Notes: generated from the sequence alone by a model not told the origin. Numbered from the stretch's first letter, positions 35,407 to 45,501 are shown. The stretch: 64,000 nucleotides of DNA from Propionibacteriales bacterium (GCA_038232655.1 JBBSNM010000001.1:61460-125459), one strand, 5' to 3'. Numbers and translations: made by a program.

Positions 35407-37575
35407 TCAGACGTCGATGCGGTCGGCGTCCAACTCGTAGGCGTTCGCCACGATGAACTCCTTTCGCGGCGCCACGTCGTTGCCCATCAACAGCTCGAAC
35501 ACCTGGTCGGCCGCCGCCGCGTCGTCGACGGTGATGCGCCGTAGCGTGCGGCGCCGGGGGTCCATCGTCGTCTCCGCCAGCTGGGCTGCGTCCATCTCGC
35601 CGAGGCCCTTGTAGCGCTGGATCGGGTCCTTCCACCGCTGGCCGCGTCGGGTGAGCTCGGCCAAGCGTCGCTGCAGCTCGGCGTCGGTGTAGGCGTAGAC
35701 GTACCTGTCCTGGCCCTTGCGCGGCGAGGTCAGCTCGATGCGGTGCAGCGGCGGCACGGCGGCATACACCCGGCCCTCGTCCACCAGCTCGCGCATGTAC
35801 CGAAACAGCAAGGTGGCCAGCAGGCAGCGGATGTGTGCGCCGTCGGAGTCGGCGTCGGCCATGAAGATGATCCGGCCGTAGCGCACCTGCTCGAGGTCGA
35901 ACGTCCGGCCGCTGCCGGCCCCGATGACCTGGATGATGGCCGCGCACTCGGCGTTCTTGAGCATGTCGCCGGTGCTGGCCTTCTGCACGTTCAAGATCTT
36001 GCCGCGGATCGGCAGCAGCGCCTGGTACGCCGCGTCACGTGCCAGCTTGGCGGTGCCGAGCGCGGAGTCCCCCTCGACGATGAACAGCTCGGAGCGGTCG
36101 GTGTCGTTGCTGCGGCAGTCGGCCAGCTTGGCCGGCAGCGCGCTGGACTCCAGCGCGTTCTTGCGGCGCTGGTTGTCACGCTGCTGGCGGGCCATCACCC
36201 GGGTCCGCGCGGCCGTCACGACCTTCTCCAGCACCGTGCGGGCGGCCGCCTTGTCGCCGCGGCGGGTCGAGCCGAGGAAGCTCTTGAGCTCGCTGCTGAC
36301 GACCCGGTTGACGATCCGCGTCACCGCGGGGGTGCCGAGCACCTCCTTGGTCTGACCCTCGAACTGCGGCTCGGCCAGCCGCACGGTCACCACCGCCGTG
36401 AGCCCCTCGAGCACGTCGTCCTTGGTGACGTCGGGATCGCCGTTCTTCAGCAGCCGACCCTGGCGCAGCACCTCGTTGCACGTCTTGACGAGCCCCCGCT
36501 CGAACCCGTTGACGTGGGTGCCCCCCTTGGGGGTGGCAATGATGTTGACGAACGAGCGCAGCTCGGTGTCCCACCCCTGACCCCACCGCAGCGCCACGTC
36601 GACCTGGACCTCGCGGTCGACGTCTTGGGGGGTCATGTGCCCGGTCTCGTCGAGCAGGGGCACGGTCTCGGTGAAGTGCTCGCTCCCCCGCAGCCGGAGC
36701 ACGGCGGTGACCGGCTCGTCGTTGGCGAGGAACTCGCAGAACTCGGCGATACCGCCCTCGTGCCGGAAGCGTTCCTCCCGTGGCCCCGACCCGTCAGCGC
36801 CCCGCTCGTCGCGGATGACCAGCTCGAGGCCGGGCACCAGAAACGAGGTCTGGCGGGCCCTGGTGAGCAACTCGTCGTAGGCGAAGCCGGCTCCCCGCAC
36901 GAACACCTGCGGGTCGGGCCAGTACCGGATGCGGGTCCCGGTGGTGGCCTTGCCGACGCGCTTGACCCGGGTCAGGCCGCTCGCCGCGGTGAACGCCGCA
37001 CCCGGCCCGCCGCCGTCAAAGCGGCCGGCGTCGCCACGTCGGAACGAGGTGGCCCAGCGCGCACCGCCCTTGTCCACCTGAACGTCGAGCCGGGCCGACA
37101 GCGCGTTGACGACCGAGGCGCCCACGCCGTGCAGTCCCCCGGTCGCCACGTACGAGTCGCCACCGAACTTGCCGCCGGCGTGCAGCTTGGTGAAGACCAC
37201 CTCGACGCCCGACAGGCCGGTCTTCGGCTCGGTGTCGACCGGGATCCCGCGACCGTCGTCGACCACCTCGGCGGACCCGTCCGCGTGCAGCACGACCTCG
37301 ATCAGGTGGCACACACCCGCCAGCGCCTCGTCCACAGCGTTGTCGATGATCTCCCACAGGCAGTGCATCAGCCCACGGGTGTCGGTGGAGCCGATGTACA
37401 TGCCCGGTCGCTTGCGCACAGCCTCCAGCCCCTCCAGAACGAGGAGGTTGCGCGCGTTGTATGCGGTGTCGATGACGGCTCCCTGTAACGGCGGCCGGTG
37501 CCGCGTGACCGCAGCGTACCCAGGCGCAGGGACACCGCGACGGCAGCGCGCCGGTGGGTCGCCGACGTCGGCCAT
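35407..37575 (-). CDS. parE: type IIA DNA topoisomerase subunit B (ParE/GyrB-like), 722 aa
   Basis: Contains LEGLEAVRKRPGMYIGS, GGLHGVG and a Toprim EGDSA motif. The only canonical start in range is ATG 37575, and its RBS is weak. Confidence 0.85.
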   Translation of the reverse strand: MADVGDPPARCRRGVPAPGYAAVTRHRPPLQGAVIDTAYNARNLLVLEGLEAVRKRPGMYIGSTDTRGLMHCLWEIIDNAVDEALAGVCHLIEVVLHADGSAEVVDDGRGIPVDTEPKTGLSGVEVVFTKLHAGGKFGGDSYVATGGLHGVGASVVNALSARLDVQVDKGGARWATSFRRGDAGRFDGGGPGAAFTAASGLTRVKRVGKATTGTRIRYWPDPQVFVRGAGFAYDELLTRARQTSFLVPGLELVIRDERGADGSGPREERFRHEGGIAEFCEFLANDEPVTAVLRLRGSEHFTETVPLLDETGHMTPQDVDREVQVDVALRWGQGWDTELRSFVNIIATPKGGTHVNGFERGLVKTCNEVLRQGRLLKNGDPDVTKDDVLEGLTAVVTVRLAEPQFEGQTKEVLGTPAVTRIVNRVVSSELKSFLGSTRRGDKAAARTVLEKVVTAARTRVMARQQRDNQRRKNALESSALPAKLADCRSNDTDRSELFIVEGDSALGTAKLARDAAYQALLPIRGKILNVQKASTGDMLKNAECAAIIQVIGAGSGRTFDLEQVRYGRIIFMADADSDGAHIRCLLATLLFRYMRELVDEGRVYAAVPPLHRIELTSPRKGQDRYVYAYTDAELQRRLAELTRRGQRWKDPIQRYKGLGEMDAAQLAETTMDPRRRTLRRITVDDAAAADQVFELLMGNDVAPRKEFIVANAYELDADRIDV

Positions 37576-37851
37576 ACGGTGGATTGTCTTGGGCGTGGCG
37601 CACACCATGTGCAACCAGACGGGTCCACGATGCGAAGATGAGTGGCGACCACACCACGGTCGAGGCAGTATCGAAGCACCGATGACGGCTGGCGACGAGG
37701 CCAGGAGTCTCGGCGGATGGTTCCGGCGGGCACAGATCACATCTTCGTGAAGTGCACGGCGGGAAGCCTGAAGCGTGGTTCGATGTTGGAGTCCGTGTGG
37801 GCGCGGGTGTGCTGCCCGACCCACCGAACCGAGACGGAAACGAGGTCAGAC

Positions 37852-38076
37852 GTGACGACTGCAGTTGCTCCGGGTCCAGCCCTCACCACCGCGGACCGCT
37901 GCGACCGCTGTGGGGCGCAGGCATACCTTCGAGTCGAGATGCCCAGCGGTGCGGAGCTGTTCTTCTGCGCCCACCACGGCCGCGAGCACAACGATGCCCT
38001 GCGCGCGGTAGCGACCACGATCCAAGACGAGACCGAGCGGCTGCAGGACGCTCCCGCAACCGACACCGAGAGCTGA
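37852..38076 (+). CDS. small Cys/His-motif protein (DUF7455-like), 74 aa
   Basis: Starts at GTG 37852 after GGAAACGAGG. It contains ADRCDRCGAQAY...FCAHH and an acidic tail, and is divergent from parE. Confidence 0.6.
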   Translation: MTTAVAPGPALTTADRCDRCGAQAYLRVEMPSGAELFFCAHHGREHNDALRAVATTIQDETERLQDAPATDTES

Positions 38077-38096
38077 GCCGCACGCCACACCACGTC

Positions 38097-38129
38097 CGCG
38101 GGCCCCGGGTCAACCGACCCGGGGCCGCG
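38097..38129 (+). terminator. 14-bp GC-rich hairpin with 4-nt loop followed by TGCTGTCTG
   Basis: CGCG(G)GCCCCGGGTC aacc GACCCGGGGCCGCG, 21 nt after the stop of the small Cys protein. Confidence 0.55.
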
Positions 38130-38166
38130 TGCTGTCTGCGGGTGACCGCGAGCCCATACTGCCCCC

Positions 38167-38649
38167 ATGCAGGTCTGGGTGTCGGTGCTGACGGGCCTGC
38201 TGATCGTGATCGGTCTGGTCGGCGTCGTCGTCCCCGTGCTGCCGGGGCTGCTGCTGGTGTGGGCAGCGGTGGCGGTGTGGGTGGTCGTCGAGGCCGACAC
38301 ACCGGCGTACATCCTGTTGGGCGCGGCCACCGCCATGGCCGTGGCTGCGGGGGTGTTGAAATACGTCATACCCGGGCGCCGGCTGCGACGAGCGGGGGTC
38401 CCCGAGCGGACCCTGATGTACGGGGCGCTGGCGGCGGTCGTGGGCTTCTTCGTCATCCCCGTGATCGGGGTGGTGGTCGGTTTCGTCGCCGGCGTCTACG
38501 TCGCCGAGCGGCAGCGGCTGGCCGATCGCGCGGCGGCCCGTGCCTCGACAGGGCATGCGCTGCGCGCGGCGGGGTTGTCCATCCTGGTCGAGCTGACCGC
38601 CGCCCTGCTCATCGCGGCGGGGTGGTTGGGTGTGCTGGCGGTCGCGTGA
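38167..38649 (+). CDS. DUF456 family membrane protein, 160 aa
   Basis: Four TM segments, with VVPVLPG near the N-terminus as in DUF456. Confidence 0.7.
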   Translation: MQVWVSVLTGLLIVIGLVGVVVPVLPGLLLVWAAVAVWVVVEADTPAYILLGAATAMAVAAGVLKYVIPGRRLRRAGVPERTLMYGALAAVVGFFVIPVIGVVVGFVAGVYVAERQRLADRAAARASTGHALRAAGLSILVELTAALLIAAGWLGVLAVA

Positions 38650-38682
38650 CGGCGCCGGTCACCGCCGAGGGTTCCCCACGGG

Positions 38683-38826
38683 CTAGCGGGCGCCCTTTCG
38701 CTTGGCGGCGTAGCTCTTGGCCTGCTCGACACCGCGCTTGAGCTTGGCCTGGTTCTCCGGCTTGCGTACCTCGTCGATCACCTTCTTGGCGATACCGATC
38801 TGGGCAATGCGACCCAAAATGCTCAC
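38683..38826 (-). CDS. small Lys-rich hypothetical protein, 47 aa (not in the ORF track)
   Basis: Starts at GTG 38826, 10 nt after AAGGAG. The translation is VSILGRIAQIGIAKKVIDEVRKPENQAKLKRGVEQAKSYAAKRKGAR, with high GC3. The overlapping listed ORF 38609..38836 is Arg/Pro/Gly junk. Confidence 0.5.
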   Translation of the reverse strand: MSILGRIAQIGIAKKVIDEVRKPENQAKLKRGVEQAKSYAAKRKGAR

Positions 38827-38951
38827 TGCCACTCAACTCCTTCGTCCGGTCATGTCATCGGCAGGTGGTGCCGCTGCCGCACGTGGTAGGTGGGCGTGAG
38901 TCTAGACAGCCGGGTGCCGTCAGGGCACGGGGGCTCGCGACCTGTGGGCTG

Positions 38952-40556
38952 TCAGTCCAGGTAATCGCGCAGCACTTGCGACCGGGACGGGTGGCGCAGC
39001 TTGCTCATCGTCTTGGACTCGATCTGGCGGATGCGCTCACGGGTGACGCCGTAGACCTTGCCGATCTCGTCCAGCGTCTTGGGCTGGCCGTCGGTGAGCC
39101 CGAAACGCATCGACACCACACCCGCCTCCCGCTCGGACAGCGTGTCCAGCACGGCGTGCAGCTGCTCCTGCAGCAGGGTGAAGCTGACGGCGTCCGCCGG
39201 GACGATCGCCTCGGAGTCCTCGATCAGGTCACCGAACTCCGAGTCGCCGTCCTCACCCAGCGGGGTGTGCAGGCTGATCGGCTCCCGACCGTACTTCTGC
39301 ACCTCGACGACCTTCTCCGGGGTCATGTCGAGCTCGGCGGCGAGCTCTTCCGGGGTCGGCTCGCGACCGAGGTCCTGCAGCATCTGCCGCTGGACCCTGG
39401 CGAGCTTGTTGATCACCTCGACCATGTGGACCGGGATGCGGATCGTGCGCGCCTGGTCGGCCATCGCCCGGGTGATGGCCTGGCGGATCCACCAGGTGGC
39501 GTAGGTGGAGAACTTGTAGCCCTTGGTGTAGTCGAACTTTTCCACCGCGCGGATGAGACCCAGGTTGCCCTCCTGGATCAGATCGAGGAACAGCATCCCG
39601 CGGCCGGTGTAGCGCTTGGCCAGGCTGACCACCAGGCGCAGGTTGGCCTCCAGCAGATGGTTCTTGGCGCGTTGACCGTCCTCGGCGATCCAGCGCAGCT
39701 CGTCCAGGAGCTTGGCGGACATCTTGCCGCCCTTGGCGAGCTTCTCCTCGCTGAACAGACCACCCTCGATCCGCTTGGCGAGCTCGACCTCCTGGGCGGC
39801 GTTCAGCAAGGAGACCTTGCCGATCTGCTTGAGGTAGTCCTTGACCGGATCCGCCGTAGCGCCGGCAACCATCACCTGCGGCTCTGGCTCGTCGCCGCCG
39901 TCGGAGGACGAGAGCACGAAGCCCTTCTTCTCGTCCTCCTTCAAGGTGGGGTCCTCGGCAAGATCCTTCTCAAAGACAGCGTCGTCGACGTCGGGCAGCA
40001 CCTTCTTGCCGTCCGGTCCGACCACTGCCGTCGCGGCCGCTGCGACCTCGACGAGATCGGTGTCGACATCCGCGGGCGGTGAGGAGGCAGCCTGCTTGAC
40101 CGGCGCCTGCTTGGCTGGCGGGTTCCGAGCGGCCGGCTTCTTGGCCGGCGCCTTCTTCTTTGCGGTCGGCTTCTTGGCCGCCGCGCTCTTCGTGGTGGCG
40201 TCAGCTGTGGGAGCCTTCTTGGCGGCCGGCTTCTTGGCTGCGCTGTCGCTGGCGGCCTCCTCACGGCCCGACTGGGCCGCCGGCGCGGTCACCACCGACT
40301 TGGTCCGGGCCGCCGCAGCCACCCGGCGGCGGGTGGTCGCCTCCGGCTGCGCCGAGACCGAAACCGCGATGCCCACCTCGGCCAGCAGCCGCAGCAGCGC
40401 CTTGTACCGCGCCGGGCCGACACCGGCCGCCTCGGCGGCCGCGCGCACCTGGGCCGCCGGCACCTCGCCTCGCCGTTGCCCGACACTGAGCAGGTTGCGC
40501 ATCTGCGGGTTGTCAAGGGCCGGGTGGACGAGCGACAGGGCGGAACTGGATGTCAC
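38952..40556 (-). CDS. sigA: principal RNA polymerase sigma factor (group 1, SigA/HrdB/RpoD), 534 aa
   Basis: Regions 1.2 to 4.2 are conserved ([26 protein letters not shown], the region 4.2 HTH). An Ala/Lys/Pro-rich N-terminal extension is typical of actinobacteria. Confidence 0.95.
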   Translation of the reverse strand: MTSSSALSLVHPALDNPQMRNLLSVGQRRGEVPAAQVRAAAEAAGVGPARYKALLRLLAEVGIAVSVSAQPEATTRRRVAAAARTKSVVTAPAAQSGREEAASDSAAKKPAAKKAPTADATTKSAAAKKPTAKKKAPAKKPAARNPPAKQAPVKQAASSPPADVDTDLVEVAAAATAVVGPDGKKVLPDVDDAVFEKDLAEDPTLKEDEKKGFVLSSSDGGDEPEPQVMVAGATADPVKDYLKQIGKVSLLNAAQEVELAKRIEGGLFSEEKLAKGGKMSAKLLDELRWIAEDGQRAKNHLLEANLRLVVSLAKRYTGRGMLFLDLIQEGNLGLIRAVEKFDYTKGYKFSTYATWWIRQAITRAMADQARTIRIPVHMVEVINKLARVQRQMLQDLGREPTPEELAAELDMTPEKVVEVQKYGREPISLHTPLGEDGDSEFGDLIEDSEAIVPADAVSFTLLQEQLHAVLDTLSEREAGVVSMRFGLTDGQPKTLDEIGKVYGVTRERIRQIESKTMSKLRHPSRSQVLRDYLD

Positions 40557-40696
40557 GAAGGACCTTTCGACAAACGATTCTTGGGCGCAACAAATGAGGC
40601 TCTAGTCAAGCGCGAGCGCACGCCCAGTGTGCCACGGGTCCCGACGTCGACACGACACGGCCGCTCGCGGGTCTGACGTGGCAACGTCGGATCGGT

Positions 40697-41101
40697 TCAC
40701 TCGGCGGACTTGACCGCCAGCACCGGGCACGGAGCATCCAGCAGGATACGCTGCGCGTTGCTGCCGAGGATGAGCTTGCCGACCGGGGAGCGCCGGCGCA
40801 GCCCGATCACGATGAAGTCGGCGCCGACGTCGCGTGCCACCTGGATCAGGTCGTCGGCGGGGTCCATGCCGCGGACGAGCTGGCGGATCTCGTGGTCCAC
40901 ACCGGCCTCGGTGAGCTGCTCGCGGATGTCCCCGAGCTCGTGCTCGCCCCGGATCGCCTCCTGGCCGTCGTACTCGCGCCCGCCGCGGTGGGAGTTGACC
41001 ACGACCAGCCGTGCCTGGCGCAGCAGCGCCTCCTCCGCAGCCCGTCGCAATGCGGCCTGTCCCTCAACCTTCGGGACGTAGCCCACCACGATCGTTGCCA
41101 T
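40697..41101 (-). CDS. universal stress protein (UspA family), 134 aa
   Basis: Contains ADFIVIGLRRRSPVGKLILGSNAQRILLDAPCPVLAVK. Confidence 0.8.
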   Translation of the reverse strand: MATIVVGYVPKVEGQAALRRAAEEALLRQARLVVVNSHRGGREYDGQEAIRGEHELGDIREQLTEAGVDHEIRQLVRGMDPADDLIQVARDVGADFIVIGLRRRSPVGKLILGSNAQRILLDAPCPVLAVKSAE

Positions 41102-41196
41102 TGCAGCGTCCTCCTGACCCGAGCCCGCCGTTGGGCATCGACGCAGGCGAGGCTAGTGCATCGCCACCGGCGGCATCCACGCCATGGACCGACCGC

Positions 41197-42675
41197 TCAG
41201 TCGGTCTCCCACTCGTGTACGGGCTGGTTGCTGTGCATGAGCTCGCGGTACCGCCCCGTCACCAGTCGCAGCGCCTCGAAGCGCCTACCCGGCTCCCTGC
41301 GGTAGCGACTGTGGAAGGCCTGGGCGAGCCACGTCGCACCGTTGCGGCCGGTGAGGCAGCGCTGCTCGACGATGCCGAGCAGCCGGTCTCGGTCCGCGCG
41401 ATCGACCCCGAGGGAGTCGAGCCCGCGGTAGGCCATCGGCAGCAACCGCCGCAGCACCAGCTCGGTCGCCGGGACCGAGCCCATCGCCGGCCAGTAGAGC
41501 GACGCATCGATGCCGTGCTGGGCGGCCTGGTGGAAGTTCTCCTCGGCTGCCGAGAACGACATCTGCGACCACAACGGCCGCTCGTCGGTCACCAGCGCGC
41601 GGACGAGGCCGAAGTAGAACGCGGCGTTGGCCATCGTGTCCACCACCGTTGGCCCGGCCGGCAGCACCCTGTTCTCGACGCGCAGATGCGGCCGATCGCC
41701 GACCACGTCGTAGATGGGCCTGTTCCACCGATAGATCGTGCCGTTGTGCAGCCGCAGCTCCCCCAGCCCGGGCGTGTCCCCCCGTTCAAGAATCGCCACC
41801 GGATCCTCGTCGTCCACGATCGGCAGCAGAGCGGGAAAGTAGCGGACGTTCTCTTCGAACAGGTCGAAGATCGAGTTGATCCACCGCTCTCCGAACCAGA
41901 CCCGTGGCCGCACCCCCTGGGCCACGAGCTCCTCGCTGCGGGTGTCTGTTGCCTGCTCGAACAAGGCGATCCTGGTCTCCCGCCACAGCTCCTTGCCCAG
42001 CAGGAAGGGAGAGTTGGCGCCGACGGCGAGCTGCACCCCGGCAACCGCTTGCGCGGCGTTCCAGTGCGCGGCGAAGTCGTCGGGGCTGACCTGCAAATGC
42101 AGTTGGGTCGAGGTGCAGGCAGCCTCGGGGATGATGGTGTCGGTCGTGACCGACAGCCGCTCCTGACCGTGGATGGCGACCTTGATGTCCTCACCGCGCG
42201 CCGCCAGGATCTGGTCGGACAGCAGCTCGTAGCGCGGGTTTGCCGACAGGGTCTGCGCCGTCATGTGCCCCGGCCCGAGGGTGGGCAGGATGCCGACCAT
42301 GACCAGATGGCTGCCCACGTCACCGGCGCGGGCCTCGCCGTCGTTCAAGGTGGCCCGGATGCCGTCCTCGAAGGCACTCAACCCGTTGCCGTCAAGGGTC
42401 CGTGGTGCCACGTTGATCTCGATGTTGAACTGACCGAGCTCGGTCTGGAAGTCGGGGTCGGCGATCGCCTCCAGCACGTCGGCGTTGCGCAGCGCGGGAT
42501 CGTTGTTCTCGTCGACGAGGTTGAACTCGATCTCGATCCCGGTGCGCGGCCGGTCGGCGTCGAAGCGCGACTCGCGCAACATCTTGGCGAACACGTCCAG
42601 GCACGAACGGACCTTGCTCCGGAACTGCGTGCGGTCGTCTCGGGTGAAGATGCGGCGTTCGACGTCTTGGCCCAT
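41197..42675 (-). CDS. glutamate--cysteine ligase family 2 (carboxylate-amine ligase) protein, 492 aa
   Basis: The start is set at ATG 42675 inside ORF 41197..42966. Contains GIEIEFNLVD and TSTQLHLQV. It is the long GCS2-type form. Confidence 0.75.
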   Translation of the reverse strand: MGQDVERRIFTRDDRTQFRSKVRSCLDVFAKMLRESRFDADRPRTGIEIEFNLVDENNDPALRNADVLEAIADPDFQTELGQFNIEINVAPRTLDGNGLSAFEDGIRATLNDGEARAGDVGSHLVMVGILPTLGPGHMTAQTLSANPRYELLSDQILAARGEDIKVAIHGQERLSVTTDTIIPEAACTSTQLHLQVSPDDFAAHWNAAQAVAGVQLAVGANSPFLLGKELWRETRIALFEQATDTRSEELVAQGVRPRVWFGERWINSIFDLFEENVRYFPALLPIVDDEDPVAILERGDTPGLGELRLHNGTIYRWNRPIYDVVGDRPHLRVENRVLPAGPTVVDTMANAAFYFGLVRALVTDERPLWSQMSFSAAEENFHQAAQHGIDASLYWPAMGSVPATELVLRRLLPMAYRGLDSLGVDRADRDRLLGIVEQRCLTGRNGATWLAQAFHSRYRREPGRRFEALRLVTGRYRELMHSNQPVHEWETD

Positions 42676-42806
42676 CCGGTCTCCTCGGTAGGCGGCTGCC
42701 GATCGGCGCCGCAACGATGCGCACCCTGAGGGGCCAGCCTGGCCGAAACAGGCGCTCGCGGCCACTCTCGGGCCGCGGGCGGCGCCATGAAACCTCGGCA
42801 GGGGTG

Positions 42807-43976
42807 CTACCTGACACGTCGGGCCGAAGGCAGGCAAGCGTTCCAGGCCGCCTCGCGGGGCAGCGGAACCCACAGCTCCGGCGACAGGCAGCGCTCCAGC
42901 GTCTGTCGGACCAAGCCGGCCATCGAGTACGTCGGAGCGACGCGGGCACACCGGTCGAGGGCACACCAGGCGCTGGCTCCGTCACCGGACAACCAGGCAG
43001 CGAAGGCGGTGAGCGCGAGCGCTGCCGGCTCGTACGGGGGCACCACCTGTCGGGTGACCGCCGTCCACAGCGCCAGGTGCGACGCGGCATCGCCCCGGCT
43101 CATGTGCGACCAGGCCAGGTCGCGCAGCGGGATGAACGAGCACCACACCGCCAGCAACGCAGCCCGCTCGGCTGACACCGCACCGCCGATGGTGGTTGCC
43201 GACTCGGCGCCTCGCCCGTCGCCGGCCCGGTCCGCGGACCGGTCGGCGTGCAGCACCCGCTGGAGCACGACGTCGACCCGGGGTGCGCCGACGGCCGCCG
43301 CGGCACTGGTGACCTGGGCTGTCGGCCGGCGGACCTGGCCGCGACCGCGCAGCCCGAGCACGGCGACCACCTCGTCCTCCACCGACTGCACCGCTCGTCG
43401 GGCCGCGGAGCGCTCGGGTCCGCGCACCGCCGCGAACCGGGCGGCCAGCGCGGCCCGGTCTGGAGCGACGACGCGTCCACGCAGGGTCGCCTCCGCCCGC
43501 AGGCTGGTGGCGCGCGAGTCGTACGCCGTGCCCGTCGCCGGGCAGCAGCGTTCGTCGCCGCACAGCAGCGACCAGTACCGCCGGCCATCACAGCGCAGCA
43601 CGTCGAGCAACTGCATGCCCGCCCGCTCACAGCGGCGCGCGGTCACCTCGGCCACCCTGGCAGCGGCGGCCCGGGCGGAGTAGGCGATGACCGCGACCCG
43701 AGTGCAGCCCTGGGAGGCGACCGCCGCCGTGACCTGCTCGGCCAACGCCGGGCCGTCGTGCTCGGCGCGCCCCCTGCGTGGCAGGTCCACTCGCACCTGG
43801 AAGCCGGGATGTCGCCCGGCCACGGCTACCACCACCAACGACTCGGTGGGCTCGAAACCCAACGTCACCGGCGGTAGGGCCAGCAGGTCGGCCACCGACC
43901 GCACGCGCAACACCGGACGGTCGCCGCGCTGGTCCGATCGTGCCGGCTCGGCGTCTGCATGGTCGAAGCTGTTCAT
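42807..43976 (-). CDS. DUF4192 family protein, 389 aa
   Basis: The start is set at ATG 43976. Contains the family-typical LGF.P..SLVVV and a C-terminal W..L.G.G segment. Confidence 0.65.
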   Translation of the reverse strand: MNSFDHADAEPARSDQRGDRPVLRVRSVADLLALPPVTLGFEPTESLVVVAVAGRHPGFQVRVDLPRRGRAEHDGPALAEQVTAAVASQGCTRVAVIAYSARAAAARVAEVTARRCERAGMQLLDVLRCDGRRYWSLLCGDERCCPATGTAYDSRATSLRAEATLRGRVVAPDRAALAARFAAVRGPERSAARRAVQSVEDEVVAVLGLRGRGQVRRPTAQVTSAAAAVGAPRVDVVLQRVLHADRSADRAGDGRGAESATTIGGAVSAERAALLAVWCSFIPLRDLAWSHMSRGDAASHLALWTAVTRQVVPPYEPAALALTAFAAWLSGDGASAWCALDRCARVAPTYSMAGLVRQTLERCLSPELWVPLPREAAWNACLPSARRVR

Positions 43977-44094
43977 ACCCACAGACTGGTCGATCTCTAC
44001 CGGTACGGAGGGGTTGTCCACCGCCGATCTCGGGTCGCTCGACCCGCCGGTCGCGGGTGCACACCCACCGCACTCGGGCTGGCACCATGACGGC

Positions 44095-45501
44095 ATGCGC
44101 GCCGCCCCCACGGTCCTGCATCTGGACCTCGACGCCTTCTACGCCGCGGTGGAGCAGCGCGACAAGCCGTCGTTGCGCGGCAAGCCCGTGATCGTGGGGG
44201 GCGTCGGCGGGCGCGGCGTGGTCGCGACGGCGTCGTACGAGGCCCGGGCCTTCGGCGTGCGCTCGGCCATGTCGACGGCCGAGGCGCGCGGTCGGTGCCC
44301 GCACGCCGCCTACCTCTCGCCGCGGTTCGCGGCCTACCGGCGGGCCAGCGACCTGGTGATGCGCCAGCTGCGCCAGCTCTCGCCGCTGGTCGAGCCGCTC
44401 TCGCTGGACGAGGCGTTCGTCGATCTCGCGGCGACCCAGCCCGAGGTGGACACCGGCGAGGTCACCCGCGTGGGCCGGGAGCTGCGCGCGCGGGTACAAG
44501 ACATCACCGGCGGCCTCACCGCATCGGTCGGCGCGGCCACCTCGAAGCTGATGGCAAAGATCGCCAGCGACCTCGACAAGCCCGACGGGCTGGTCGTGGT
44601 GGCGCCGGGAACCGAGCGTGCCCTGCTCGGACCGTTGCCGGTGCGCGTCATCCCCGGTGTCGGTCCGGCGACCGAGGCCCGGCTGCGCCGCCTCGGAGCG
44701 CACACGGTCGCCGACGTTGCGGCGCTCACGACCGCTGAGCTCGTCCGCGAGGTCGGGCGGGCACACGGCTCGGCGCTGGCGCGTCTGGTGCACGCCCAAG
44801 ACGACCGCCCGGTCGTTGCCGAGCGAGAAACCAAGTCGGTGTCGGTCGAGGACACCTTCGGCTCCGACCTCACCGACCCCGCGCTGCTGCGCGCGATCAC
44901 CGAGCAGCTGGCCTCCCGGGTCGCCGGGCGGCTGCGCACGTCGCGGCTGTCGGGCCGCACGGTGACCGTAAAGGTGCGTCTGCACGACTTCACCACGCAC
45001 ACCCGGGCGGCGACGCTGCCTGCTCCCACCGACAGCGAGCGGGTCGTCTGCTCGCTGGCGCGCCGGCTGCTCGACGAGTCCGACACCACCGGCGGGGTGC
45101 GGCTGCTCGGGGTCGGGGTCTCCGGGCTCGCCGACTGGGTGCAAGACGACCTGTTCGACGGGTCGCTGACCACCGCCGCGGTCACCACCGGCGGGCACCC
45201 GGACGCCGCCGGCACCGCCACCGAGACCGACGCCGAGGGCGAGGCCGGCACCAACCCGGAGGCCCTGGCGGATGGGGCCATGGACGGACAGCAGCGCGGC
45301 AGCTTCTCCCCCGGTGCTGACGTGCTGCACACCGAGCACGGACCAGGCTGGGTCTGGGGAGCTGGCCGCGGCAGCGTCACCGTGCGCTTCGAGACCGCCG
45401 GGACTCCACCGGGGCCAGTGCGGACCTTCGCCGTCGACGACCCGGCGCTGCGACTCGACAGCGGGGAAACCCAGCAGCCGGCTGTCAATGACGTCGGCTA
45501 G
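44095..45501 (+). CDS. dinB: DNA polymerase IV (Y-family) with about 110-aa C-terminal extension, 468 aa
   Basis: The start is set at ATG 44095. Contains LHLDLDAFYAAVE, SLDEAFLD-like SLDEAFVD and KLMAKIASDLDKPDG. Confidence 0.9.
   Translation: MRAAPTVLHLDLDAFYAAVEQRDKPSLRGKPVIVGGVGGRGVVATASYEARAFGVRSAMSTAEARGRCPHAAYLSPRFAAYRRASDLVMRQLRQLSPLVEPLSLDEAFVDLAATQPEVDTGEVTRVGRELRARVQDITGGLTASVGAATSKLMAKIASDLDKPDGLVVVAPGTERALLGPLPVRVIPGVGPATEARLRRLGAHTVADVAALTTAELVREVGRAHGSALARLVHAQDDRPVVAERETKSVSVEDTFGSDLTDPALLRAITEQLASRVAGRLRTSRLSGRTVTVKVRLHDFTTHTRAATLPAPTDSERVVCSLARRLLDESDTTGGVRLLGVGVSGLADWVQDDLFDGSLTTAAVTTGGHPDAAGTATETDAEGEAGTNPEALADGAMDGQQRGSFSPGADVLHTEHGPGWVWGAGRGSVTVRFETAGTPPGPVRTFAVDDPALRLDSGETQQPAVNDVG

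Noticed and set aside
38609-38836. The listed 75-aa ORF downstream of sigA.
   Set aside because: Its TTG start directly abuts the AAGGAG with no spacer. Its product is Arg/Pro/Gly-rich with poor GC3. The overlapping +1 frame (38683..38826) has much better coding character.
40557-40696. sigA promoter elements (TTGACT at about 40600 on the minus strand).
   Set aside because: I found a plausible -35-like hexamer but no properly spaced -10 hexamer by eye. This region is the most AT-rich stretch in the window and is probably the promoter/leader, but specific boxes are not supportable.
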